This document shows, one piece after another, positions 9,160 through 18,278 of a stretch of 64,000 bases of DNA (its first letter is position 1; every line of letters starts with the position of its first letter). The notes beneath the pieces were generated by a model. The model ran no database searches, was not told the DNA's origin, and saw only the letters and a list, made by a program, of their open reading frames with translations. The stretch comes from Planctomycetia bacterium. Lineage in GTDB: Bacteria > Planctomycetota > GCA-002687715. The position numbers and the translations under genes are program-made. The stretch is taken from NCBI GenBank assembly GCA_005790545.1, contig SXUL01000106.1, forward strand, positions 13,975 through 77,974, written 5' to 3'.

Positions 9160-10023
9160 TCACCCTCGGATCGAGCGCATCCAGAACACGCCCCCGTGTG
9201 CCTTCTGGCCCTGCAGCGCCGGAAGTTCGAAGAGCGGAGCAAGCATGCGTGTGAGCACCTCATCGTGGTGGCTGATGAAGTACGTCGGAAAGACAACTTC
9301 ATCGCCGCACGCACCCGCAAGCAGGTGGCTCAGCAGCAGATACTGCTCGTTGTAGAAGCGCCGGTGCCAATCGACCGGATAGTCGTCTGGCAAAAAAATG
9401 TCATGAATGCCGTAGGTGATTCCGGACGGCAGGATGGGCAGCACCTCCGTGAAGAACACCGTGGTGTCGGTGTTCGTGAAGACATGATGGCTGCCATCCA
9501 GAAACAGCATGTCGCCGGGTGCGAGCCACTCAAGAACCTTCTCACCGACCGCTTGAAACGGCGCGCGAATCGTCTGATCACAGAGCGCATCAATCTCGGC
9601 GCGCGGGCATGGATCAATGGAGATGATGCGCGTCCTGAGGCTGTGGTCGCGGATGGCCTTGCGGGCGAATTTCGTCGAGGTGCCAGAGCCGATTTCAAGA
9701 TAGGTGGCGGGATTCAACAGCCGCAGTTGTGTGTAGATGGACATGCCATCAAGCGCCGGCAGCCAGCCGTTGACCCAGTGTGGTTTGTCAGGACTCCTGG
9801 TTCGCGTTGTGAGATCAGCCACCTGCGGAGCATCTTCCGCGATGGCTCTGCAAAGAAGGCCAAAGCCGTCACGGTTCTGTTCGAAGATTGCGTGCAGCTT
9901 GCGGCCAGCTTGGGTTGCTGCAAAGTCCCGCGCCAAGGGCGTGAATGCATATGCCCGCGCCCGAATGCGCTTGATCAGCCTCGGGACGGGTTTCTTCAGC
10001 CCCAGCAGTTTTCGCAGGCTCAT
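9160..10023 (-). CDS. class I SAM-dependent methyltransferase family protein
   Basis: Gly-rich motif I LEIGSGTST followed by acidic motif II. Resembles the CmcI/TylF-like O-methyltransferase fold. Start chosen at the Met of MSLRKLLGLKKP. Confidence 0.6.
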   Translation of the reverse strand: MSLRKLLGLKKPVPRLIKRIRARAYAFTPLARDFAATQAGRKLHAIFEQNRDGFGLLCRAIAEDAPQVADLTTRTRSPDKPHWVNGWLPALDGMSIYTQLRLLNPATYLEIGSGTSTKFARKAIRDHSLRTRIISIDPCPRAEIDALCDQTIRAPFQAVGEKVLEWLAPGDMLFLDGSHHVFTNTDTTVFFTEVLPILPSGITYGIHDIFLPDDYPVDWHRRFYNEQYLLLSHLLAGACGDEVVFPTYFISHHDEVLTRMLAPLFELPALQGQKAHGGVFWMRSIRG

Positions 10024-10063
10024 AGGTCTCTCGGCAAGTGCAGCATGAGGTACTAACGCAATG

Positions 10064-12907
10064 TCAGCGCCGCCAGGCAGCAGGCAGAGGCGCAACAGCA
10101 CGGGCGAACCACAGCGGGCGCCGCAAGCCGCCAGGTCCCGCCCCCTTCCGCGTCAGTGCGAGCCACTCGTGCCACACGGACATGGACTTTTCGAGATCCA
10201 CGTGGATGTCCCCGTAGCGGTCGCCTGAGGGCGCTTTTTCAACCTTCACAAGCTGATGCCAGCAGTGCATGCCGCTGATCGGGTCCGGTTGCACGGGAAA
10301 AGTGAGGTTCTGATGCACACCGCCATCTGACCACCACACGCGCTTCGAATCAGGATCCGTCGAAGCAAAAGGTGTGATGTCCCCTGTGCGGCGGATGTCC
10401 ATCGCACTGCCCTCCCGCTCGATGCGCACGGGCGCCGCAGCCCAGCGATCCGTTCCGGGGAGGCCATCGATGCGCCAGCGCCCGAGATGGTGCGAGCAGG
10501 CCACCACGCCCGGACGAATGCCCTCCGTCACCCATACCTTGTTCACGAAGTGCCCGATGCGCGTGGTGACACGCAGCAGGTCGCCCGTGCGCACGCCGAG
10601 GGCCCACGCATCCTCAGGATGCACCCAGACCGGATTCGAGTTGGAGATCTCGTAAAGCCACTTGGCATTGCCGCTGCGCGTGTGGATGAGCGTCGGCAGC
10701 CGGAAGTTCGGGAGCAGCACAAACTCGCCCGCTTCGCGCTTCAACTTCGTTGGGTGCACGTGACTCGGGATGTATCCCGGCATGGAGTTCTCGCGGCCGT
10801 AGCCCCACTCCTCCACCGTGGGTGAAAAGAATTCGAGGCGCAGTGACGGCGTTCTGAAACCCGCAGCGGGCTTGCCTGCGAGATCGACGGCGATTGGCTT
10901 GCCGTCGCGCATCCAGAGTGCACGCGCGGAATCGAGCGTCGCGCCCGTCACGTCTACCGGCTTCTTGAAGACCTCCCCGACCGATTCCTCCACCAGAAAC
11001 GCACCATGACGGCGCATGTACTCGAGAGGCGTGAGCCCCTCGCGCTGAGCGGCTGCGGGCAAGCCCGGCACGCTGTTCTCGAAGATCCAGCGGTAGTACT
11101 CCTCTGTGGTGACGCACTCACCTTTCCGGTAGGGCGATTCGAAGTTCTTCCTGATGCCGAGACTTCCATCCTCGTCGATGGCCCACGAGAGCCGGATCCA
11201 GAACTCGTCCTCTTCCCACACTTCACCCGGATTCGCCTCGTGCGTCCACGTAATGCTGCGGCCCTCGCGTTCCGCATGCACGCGCAGCACCGGTTGACGG
11301 AATGCGATCCAGCGCGCGGCGTGGGTTTCCTGACTCTGAATGTCGTGGCGTTCGGGCCCGTGGCCCATGGGCAGCACGTAGTCCGCGAACAACGCCGTTT
11401 CACTCCATGTGGGCGTCAGCGCTGCGTGCAGTCCGACCAGCTTCTCGTCCTTCAACACATCCATCCACATGCCGCCGTCCGGATTGGTCCAGACCGGGTT
11501 GTAGACGCGTGTGAAATATGTGTCGAGGCGGCCGCGCCCGTCCTTCAGGAAGTGCGGCAGCAAGAACGAGAGTTCGTGATGCGAGAAGGGCCACTCCTCC
11601 GGATAGAGGAGTTCATTCCACACCTCCTGGGGGCTCGGTTTCGTGAAGGGCGCAGGCACGAATTTGTTGTGCGGCGCGAGATGTGTGCCGCCGGCCGTGT
11701 TGACGGACCCCGTGAGCACACACAGGAACTGCATGCAGCGCGCCACCTGCCAACCACCGAGATGCCCGGCCGCGGCGCTGCGCCACACATGCGCACTGAG
11801 CGCACCGCGCGCGGCGCCGATCTCGCGGGCGAGTTCGCGGATGCGCATCATCGGAACACCGCACTCGGCGGCGGCCCACTCCGGCGTGAAACGCGCGAGA
11901 TGTTCGCTGAGCGCCGCCTTGAAACTCGCAAAGACACCCGGCTTTCCCGGATGATGCGCCGCGAGCCACTCGCGCCAATTCACCCACTGCTGCATGAACG
12001 CGTCGTCGCAGAGATTCTCGGCGACCAGCACATGCGCGAACGCGAGCAGCAGCGCAGCCTCGGTGCCTGGCTGTGGCGAGAGCCACCACGTGGACATGCT
12101 GGCGGTGTTCGAAAGCCGCGTGTCGATGGTCAGCACCTTCGCGCCGGCCATCATGCCTTCGATGATGCGCTGAGCGTGCGGATTGAAATAGTGGCCTGTC
12201 TCGAGATGCGAGGAAATGAGCAGGATGAATTTCGCCCGCGCATGATCCGGCGAGGGCCGGTCCATGCCGCTCCAGAGGGCGTAGCCGAGGCGCGCGGCCG
12301 CAGAGCACACATTCGTGTGCGAGTTGTGGCCATCCACGCCCCAGCTCTGCAACACGCGGTCCATGTAGCCGTCATGCCCGGGCCGCCCCACGTGGTACAT
12401 CACCTCGGTCTTGCGGCCCTCCTTCAGCGCCGTGCGGATGCGGCGCGCGAAGGTGTCGATGACCTCATCCCACGTCGTGCGTTCGAATTGCCCCGAGCCG
12501 CGCGGCCCCGACCGCTTCAGCGGGTGCAGGATGCGCTGCGGATCATTGACCTGGTTGATGGTCGCGGGGCCCTTCGCGCAGTTCCGTCCGCGCGATGCTG
12601 GATGGAAGGGATTGCCCTCGAGCTTCCTGATCGTGCCCGATTCTTTGTCCACATAGGCGACGAGTCCGCAGGCCGCCTCGCAGTTGAAGCACACCGTTGG
12701 AATGAGGCGGTAGTGCTTCTCGACCTTGCGTGGCCACGCCTTCGCGTCGTACTCGACCCAATCATCCCACTGCGCCGGCGGCGGGAAGCTGGCGAGATCG
12801 CGCACCTGCCATGGTTCACCCGAGGGAGCCGTGCCCGCAGCGGCGGCAGCGGCCTCGTTCACACCCTTCACGGTGGCACTCATGAGTTCGGTGTCTCCTG
12901 ACCGCAC
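10064..12907 (-). CDS. molybdopterin (Mo-bisPGD) oxidoreductase catalytic subunit, Psr/Phs/Ttr/Soe-like, with no Tat signal
   Basis: N-terminal 4Fe-4S motif CFNCEAAC...C. Candidate Mo-ligand Cys in HTNVCSAA. 947 aa. No RRxFLK motif in the N-terminus. Confidence 0.85.
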   Translation of the reverse strand: MRSGDTELMSATVKGVNEAAAAAAGTAPSGEPWQVRDLASFPPPAQWDDWVEYDAKAWPRKVEKHYRLIPTVCFNCEAACGLVAYVDKESGTIRKLEGNPFHPASRGRNCAKGPATINQVNDPQRILHPLKRSGPRGSGQFERTTWDEVIDTFARRIRTALKEGRKTEVMYHVGRPGHDGYMDRVLQSWGVDGHNSHTNVCSAAARLGYALWSGMDRPSPDHARAKFILLISSHLETGHYFNPHAQRIIEGMMAGAKVLTIDTRLSNTASMSTWWLSPQPGTEAALLLAFAHVLVAENLCDDAFMQQWVNWREWLAAHHPGKPGVFASFKAALSEHLARFTPEWAAAECGVPMMRIRELAREIGAARGALSAHVWRSAAAGHLGGWQVARCMQFLCVLTGSVNTAGGTHLAPHNKFVPAPFTKPSPQEVWNELLYPEEWPFSHHELSFLLPHFLKDGRGRLDTYFTRVYNPVWTNPDGGMWMDVLKDEKLVGLHAALTPTWSETALFADYVLPMGHGPERHDIQSQETHAARWIAFRQPVLRVHAEREGRSITWTHEANPGEVWEEDEFWIRLSWAIDEDGSLGIRKNFESPYRKGECVTTEEYYRWIFENSVPGLPAAAQREGLTPLEYMRRHGAFLVEESVGEVFKKPVDVTGATLDSARALWMRDGKPIAVDLAGKPAAGFRTPSLRLEFFSPTVEEWGYGRENSMPGYIPSHVHPTKLKREAGEFVLLPNFRLPTLIHTRSGNAKWLYEISNSNPVWVHPEDAWALGVRTGDLLRVTTRIGHFVNKVWVTEGIRPGVVACSHHLGRWRIDGLPGTDRWAAAPVRIEREGSAMDIRRTGDITPFASTDPDSKRVWWSDGGVHQNLTFPVQPDPISGMHCWHQLVKVEKAPSGDRYGDIHVDLEKSMSVWHEWLALTRKGAGPGGLRRPLWFARAVAPLPAAWRR

Positions 12908-14391
12908 TTGATGAAGGCGCGCTCATACAGCGCAAGCCCTCCGATGGCAAAGGACGCAGCGAGCACGCTCAACCAGCCGCCCTCGGCCATGCCGAGAGTC
13001 GAGAACCCCGGCAGCAGAGCGCTGACCGCCGCGCCATAGAACAGCAGCACCGCGATGCCCGGAGCGCCGCTGTTGCGGAGCAATGCGTGCGCGCGTCGCG
13101 CCGCAGCATCCGCGATCATCATGCGATTGTGGAAACGCAGCCACATCACATTCAGAATCGCGATCACGGTGAAGCAGACCGGCGCAGGGAACGGCCCCGC
13201 CGCGGTGCCCTTCATGAACAGCGGCACGGCAGCTCCTGCAAGAAGTGCCTGCAGGATGAGATGAACGAAGAGCCCTTTTTCGAGCCAGAGATCGCGGCCA
13301 CGACACTGCGCGAAGAGGAAGGCGGTGTAGCCGGAGGCGAGCAGCGCGAGCGGCAGATTCGCCCAGCGCAGCATGTCGGCGGTCCCGGGGAATCCGAGCA
13401 GCCGGAGCGCAAGGGACGCCGTTGTGAGTGCACCGAAGCCCATGAGCACCCAGGTGCCCTTCACCAACCAGGATTTCCAGTTGGGGCGCGTGAGGATGTG
13501 GAGAAACCGGTCCGGCCTCCCGAGGTCCATGATGAGCAGGACCGTGGTGACGCCCAGGAAGAACAATGCCGCCACTTCCGGGAGCACCGCATCGAAACTG
13601 CCCTCGGCGGGGCGGCGCCCGAGGAATGCAAGGAGTGGCGCAAGCAGCATGGCACCTGCCGCGATGTTCTTGGTGACGAGATAGAGCCACACATGCCAGC
13701 CCCACATGATGGGATGCGGCACGTCAAGCGCGGCGATGAGGTCCGGCGGCGGTTCGAACCCTGGCGGAATGGGTCGGGGTGGTTCCGCGCGGTCACTCCA
13801 GAGATACATCTCCTGTTCGAGAGCCCGGCCTGGCTTCAGCGCATCGTCGAGCGCGCCTGTGTACCAGACGCGCGGCTTCGTGCCCTTCTCCACACGGCGC
13901 TGTTCCGTCTTCTCCGTCGCGAGGTGCTGCGCAATTTCCGTCGCGGGATTGGATGTGTCTCCGGCGATGATGGCATGTTCGGGGCAGACCACGACGCACG
14001 CGGGTTCGAGACCGAGCTCCGTCCTGTGCGCACAGTAGTGGCACTTCTCCGCCGTGCCGGTGTCGTCATTCAGGTAGAGCGCGTCGTAGGGGCAGGCCTG
14101 CATGCAGGCCTTGCAGCCGATGCACGCATCACGATCGAGATCCACGATGCCGTCCACGCGCTTGTGCAGCGCCGTGACCGGACAGATCTCGACGCAAGGT
14201 GCCGCATCGCAGTGGTTGCAGCGCAACACCGTGAAGTGGCGCTTCACGGACGGATACGTGCCCTTCTCGACGTACTTCACCCACGTGCGATGCGAACCCA
14301 CCGGCACTTCGTTCTCGGACTTGCAGGCGACGGTGCAGGCATGGCAGCCGATGCACTTCCTCTGATCGATGACAAAACCGTATTGAGGCAT
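12880..14391 (-). CDS. fused 4Fe-4S ferredoxin (PsrB-like) and NrfD/PsrC-like membrane anchor subunit
   Basis: N-terminal ~170 aa with four Cys clusters (CIGCHACTVAC, CNHCDAAPC, CIGCKACMQAC, CHYCAHR...C). C-terminal ~330 aa polytopic with the NrfD-family DLGRPDRF motif. Overlaps the downstream catalytic subunit gene by 28 bp. Confidence 0.8.
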   Translation of the reverse strand: MPQYGFVIDQRKCIGCHACTVACKSENEVPVGSHRTWVKYVEKGTYPSVKRHFTVLRCNHCDAAPCVEICPVTALHKRVDGIVDLDRDACIGCKACMQACPYDALYLNDDTGTAEKCHYCAHRTELGLEPACVVVCPEHAIIAGDTSNPATEIAQHLATEKTEQRRVEKGTKPRVWYTGALDDALKPGRALEQEMYLWSDRAEPPRPIPPGFEPPPDLIAALDVPHPIMWGWHVWLYLVTKNIAAGAMLLAPLLAFLGRRPAEGSFDAVLPEVAALFFLGVTTVLLIMDLGRPDRFLHILTRPNWKSWLVKGTWVLMGFGALTTASLALRLLGFPGTADMLRWANLPLALLASGYTAFLFAQCRGRDLWLEKGLFVHLILQALLAGAAVPLFMKGTAAGPFPAPVCFTVIAILNVMWLRFHNRMMIADAAARRAHALLRNSGAPGIAVLLFYGAAVSALLPGFSTLGMAEGGWLSVLAASFAIGGLALYERAFIKCGQETPNS

Positions 14392-14409
14392 GTGTGAGTG
14401 CCGGCGCGG

Positions 14410-14877
14410 TCAGCAGGTGAAACAGAAGCCTTCCAGCGCCATGGCGGTGAAGTGCGCGCTGGCAGTGGGCAGGATGTAACCGAGTGCCGCCATCCAGGGC
14501 GGGTGCGGCAACATGCGCCCCACGAAGAAGACGCCGAGGATATTGAAGCCCGCGATGATGAAGCTGTTCATCAGGACCGTGCTGGAGTCGATGCTCCCCG
14601 CCACCAAGGTTCCCGCCGCCGTGCCGACCGTCCAACCGATGACGATCATCAACTGCGAGCCCGTACCGGTCATGTCCATCGCGCGTGTCAGAGCGGCGCG
14701 AGCCTCAGCATCGCCCTTGCGAGAGCGCGACATGAGCTCGCGATCATCAAAGATCTGCCGGGCCTCTGCGGGCACGGGCGTGAGGCGGCGTCCGATCTGC
14801 TCGATGAGGGAGACCGTGACAGCAAACGTCGCGATGCCGGCGAGCGTAGTGAGGATGTCGTAGACGATGTCCATGGC
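14410..14877 (-). CDS. small hypothetical membrane protein (4 TM), first gene of the Mo-oxidoreductase cluster
   Basis: Hydrophobic ORF directly upstream of and co-oriented with the FeS-NrfD gene. The longer frame to 15048 would overlap proS, so the internal Met at 14877 is preferred. Confidence 0.35.
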   Translation of the reverse strand, partial: AMDIVYDILTTLAGIATFAVTVSLIEQIGRRLTPVPAEARQIFDDRELMSRSRKGDAEARAALTRAMDMTGTGSQLMIVIGWTVGTAAGTLVAGSIDSSTVLMNSFIIAGFNILGVFFVGRMLPHPPWMAALGYILPTASAHFTAMALEGFCFTC

Positions 14878-15019
14878 GGTGACCCCGAGGCGGAGTGCGG
14901 CACCTGCCGCGGGCGCCAGTATGACCGGCACCCGGCCCCATGCACAGGAGCCCTCCGCTTTTGCGAGTGCCGGTGGTCGTTCATCATGGCGCGCCTGCTT
15001 TCTGCGGGCGGAGACTCCC

Positions 15020-16573
15020 GTGGCCACCAACATCACGACCCGTGCCAAGGACTATGCGCAGTGGTACCTCGACGTCATTGCGGCCGGGGACCTCGCCGAC
15101 CACTCGCCCGTGCGCGGCTGCATGGTCATCAAGCCGCACGGTTTCGGGATCTGGGAACTCATCCGCGACCAGTTGGATGCGCGCTTCAAGGCCACAGGGC
15201 ACGTGAATGCGTACTTCCCGCTCTTCATCCCCATGAGCTTCCTCGCCAAGGAAGCGAAACACGTGGAGGGCTTCGCCATGGAGTGCGCGGTGGTGACGCA
15301 CTCAGGCCTCGAATCCGACGGCGCGGGCGGCTTGAAGCCCCGCGGCGAGATCGAAGAGCCTCTCATCGTGCGCCCCACTTCGGAGACCATCATCGGCCAC
15401 ACCTACGCGCAGTGGGTGCAAAGCTGGCGCGATCTCCCGCTGCTCATCAATCAGTGGGCGAATGTGGTGCGGTGGGAAATGCGCACACGGCTGTTCCTGC
15501 GCACCATGGAGTTCCTCTGGCAGGAAGGCCACACCGCGCACGAAACGCCGGCTGAGGCCGAAGAAGAAACGCTCCGCATGCTCGATGTGTACTCCGAATT
15601 CGCGGAGAACGTGCTTGCGATTCCGGTCCTGAAGGGCGAAAAATCCGCGGCCGAACGCTTCGCCGGCGCCGATCGCACCTACTGCATCGAGGCCATGATG
15701 CAGGACGGAAAGGCGCTGCAGGCCGGCACCAGCCACAACCTCGGGCAGAACTTCTCGAAGGCCTTTGACATCAAGTTCCAGACCCGCGATCAGAAGACGG
15801 AACACGTGTTCACAACCAGTTGGGGTGTGAGCACGCGCCTCATCGGTGGCGTCATCATGACCCACTCCGATGATGAAGGGCTCGTGCTGCCGCCGGCCAT
15901 CGCACCCGTCTCTGTTGCCATCGTGCCCATCTACAGAAAAGACGAGGAGCGCGAAGCCGTGCTCGGTTACGCGCGCCAGCTTCAGCAGCAACTCGCGGGT
16001 GAAGGCGCCGGCGCGAAACTGGTCCGCGGCGAGATCGAGACCGTCGTGCAGCCCGGCACCGGACGCCGCATCGTGCTCGATCTCCGGGATGGGTTGCGCC
16101 CTCCGGAGAAGTTCTTCCACTGGGAGCAGCGCGGCGTGCCCGTGCGCATCGAAGTGGGACCCCGCGACCTCGCCAACGGCAAGGCCGTGGTGGTGACGCG
16201 CGTGGATCGCGCAAAAAACATCGTCGACGCCGCAGGCCTCACGGCAGCGTGGCTGGATGCAACGCTCAGGTCCGCGCAACAGGCCCTGTTCGACAGGGCT
16301 CTGGCCATGCGCACGGCGCGCACCTTCGTCGTGAATGACTACGCCGACTTCAAGGCCCGCCTTGAGGGCGGCGGCTTCTTCCTCATGCACTGGGATGGCA
16401 CGGCGGCCACCGAAGCACGCATCAAGGAAGAAACGAAGGCGACCATTCGCTGCATTCCCGCGGCGGAAAGCCTCGCGACGGCCGACGGAATGGTGGCTCT
16501 GCGCGAAGCAGGCACCGATCCGGTCTCCGGTGCGCCGAGCGCCGGACGGGTGGTCTTCGCCCGGGCCTACTGA
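15020..16573 (+). CDS. proS: proline--tRNA ligase, archaeal/Thermus-type class II
   Basis: Strong similarity by eye to Thermus-type ProRS (DYAQWYLDVI..., FPLFIPMSFLAKEAKHVEGF, RPTSETIIGH, VVRWEMRTRLFLRT). ORF opens at 14867 and the start is uncertain (GTG at 15020 proposed). Confidence 0.85.
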   Translation: MATNITTRAKDYAQWYLDVIAAGDLADHSPVRGCMVIKPHGFGIWELIRDQLDARFKATGHVNAYFPLFIPMSFLAKEAKHVEGFAMECAVVTHSGLESDGAGGLKPRGEIEEPLIVRPTSETIIGHTYAQWVQSWRDLPLLINQWANVVRWEMRTRLFLRTMEFLWQEGHTAHETPAEAEEETLRMLDVYSEFAENVLAIPVLKGEKSAAERFAGADRTYCIEAMMQDGKALQAGTSHNLGQNFSKAFDIKFQTRDQKTEHVFTTSWGVSTRLIGGVIMTHSDDEGLVLPPAIAPVSVAIVPIYRKDEEREAVLGYARQLQQQLAGEGAGAKLVRGEIETVVQPGTGRRIVLDLRDGLRPPEKFFHWEQRGVPVRIEVGPRDLANGKAVVVTRVDRAKNIVDAAGLTAAWLDATLRSAQQALFDRALAMRTARTFVVNDYADFKARLEGGGFFLMHWDGTAATEARIKEETKATIRCIPAAESLATADGMVALREAGTDPVSGAPSAGRVVFARAY

Positions 16574-16638
16574 GTCCGCCGCGTGCGTTGATCCGGAACA
16601 CGGCAGCGACAAGGTCCCGGCTGTAGACTGGCGGGGCC

Positions 16639-18270
16639 TTGTGGCGGAGCCACTCCATGCGCGCGCAGGTCCAGCACATCCTCGTTGTTCTCACCCTTGC
16701 ATCTCTCATGCTCGCCCAGCAGCCGGGAGCGCGGCCTGCTCAGCTCACGCCGCTCTCGGAGACAGAGCGCATCGCCCATGCACTCTCGCGGCTTTCGTAC
16801 GGCGCGCGACCGGGCGATGTGGCCGCCATTCGTGCAACAGGCCTCGAAAGGTGGATCGAGAAGGAGCTCGCTGCCGATCCCGCTCTTGATGCAGCGCTCG
16901 ATCAGGACCTTGCCCGCTACAAGACCCTCGGCAAGAACTTCCGCGACCTGCAGACGCTGCTGACCGCCGGCCAGCGCCGGGATGAAATCCGCCGCCTCGC
17001 TGCCAACGAATTGAGACAGGTGGTTGTGCATCGTGCCCTCTCCTCCGAGCGGCAACTGCATGAAGTGCTCGCAGATTTCTGGCGCAACCACTTCAACGTG
17101 GATGTGAGCAAGGAATCCGTCGGCGCAACCGCGACCCATTACGAAGAACACGCGCTGCGCCCGTTCATCCTCGGGAACTTTGGCGACATGCTGAGTGCTA
17201 CGGCCCACCATCCGGCCATGCTCGTCTATCTCGACAACGCGCTTTCGCGCCGCGCCCCGCCGCGCTCTGAACTGCGCATGTTGGAGCGCCGCGTGCGTCG
17301 CGAGACCGGCTCCGAGCAAGCCGCGCGTGAACGCGTGGAAATCGCGCGTCAATCCGGACTCAACGAGAACTACGCCCGCGAATTGATGGAGTTGCACACG
17401 CTCGGCGTGGACAACGGCTACACACAGAAAGACGTGACCGAAGTGGCACGCGCCTTCACCGGCTGGTCCGTGGACTTCGAAGCAAAGGACGGCACGGGCT
17501 TTGTCTATCGCGAGGACCTGCACGACACCGAACCCAAGGTCGTGCTCGGCCGCGCGCTGCAGGAAGGTCGGCGCGAGGACGGCGTGAACGAAGGCGAGGC
17601 GGTGCTGAAGCGCCTCATCAACCACGAGAACACCGCCGGGTTCATTGCGAAGAAGCTCGTGCGCTGGCTGGTGAGTGATGATCCGCCGGATGCCATCGTC
17701 AATGCAGCGAAAGACACGTTCCGCCAGACGAAAGGTGATCTCCGCGCAGTGGTGAAAGCCATCCTCACCCACCCGGCGTTCTATTCGCGCGAGCACTACA
17801 TGGCGAAGTTCAAGACGCCATTCGAGTTCGTGGTGAGTGCCTTGCGCGCCACCGGCGCCACCGTGACGAACTACGAAGCGGTCGTGGAAAGCATCGGCCA
17901 ACTCGGGCTGCGCATCTACGGCATGGAGGATCCGACGGGCTGGGCGGAAACCGCCGAGGCTTGGCGCGATCCGGGCGTGATGGCTCTGCGCTGGCGCTTC
18001 GCACTCACCCTCGCTCGCGATGGCGTGCGCGGCGTGGTGATCCCGCCGGCCTTCTACGCGGACCTGCCGACGGATCCGGTGGAACTCGCAACGAAGCTCA
18101 CGGAGCGCCTCGTACCGCAGGGCCTCGGGCCAGCGACCTCCGCGGTCGTGGAGCGGCTCGTTCTCCAGCGCGTTGCCAAGGGTGGCGCGGGCGATGCCGC
18201 CGGACGGCTCGCGCTCGCACGGGATCTCGTGTGCGTGCTCATCGGCAGTCCTGAATTCCAGCAGCAGTGA
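16639..18270 (+). CDS. DUF1800 domain protein
   Basis: Signal-peptide-like N-terminus. Conserved ELMELHTLGVDNGYTQKDVTEVARAFTGW block typical of DUF1800. Followed at a 9-bp gap by the DUF1501 gene. Confidence 0.75.
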   Translation: MWRSHSMRAQVQHILVVLTLASLMLAQQPGARPAQLTPLSETERIAHALSRLSYGARPGDVAAIRATGLERWIEKELAADPALDAALDQDLARYKTLGKNFRDLQTLLTAGQRRDEIRRLAANELRQVVVHRALSSERQLHEVLADFWRNHFNVDVSKESVGATATHYEEHALRPFILGNFGDMLSATAHHPAMLVYLDNALSRRAPPRSELRMLERRVRRETGSEQAARERVEIARQSGLNENYARELMELHTLGVDNGYTQKDVTEVARAFTGWSVDFEAKDGTGFVYREDLHDTEPKVVLGRALQEGRREDGVNEGEAVLKRLINHENTAGFIAKKLVRWLVSDDPPDAIVNAAKDTFRQTKGDLRAVVKAILTHPAFYSREHYMAKFKTPFEFVVSALRATGATVTNYEAVVESIGQLGLRIYGMEDPTGWAETAEAWRDPGVMALRWRFALTLARDGVRGVVIPPAFYADLPTDPVELATKLTERLVPQGLGPATSAVVERLVLQRVAKGGAGDAAGRLALARDLVCVLIGSPEFQQQ

Positions 18271-18278
18271 GGTGATCC

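Noticed and set aside
10064-12907. Selenocysteine (in-frame TGA) in the molybdoenzyme catalytic subunit.
   Set aside because: The ORF is continuous with no internal TGA. The candidate Mo-ligand position is a Cys codon, so this is a Cys-type enzyme.
14867-15019. The annotated ORF start of proS at 14867 (extra ~50 N-terminal residues).
   Set aside because: The extension is not part of the conserved ProRS N-terminus and would overlap the convergent small membrane-protein gene. A later start (GTG ~15020) fits family alignments better, though the exact start remains uncertain.
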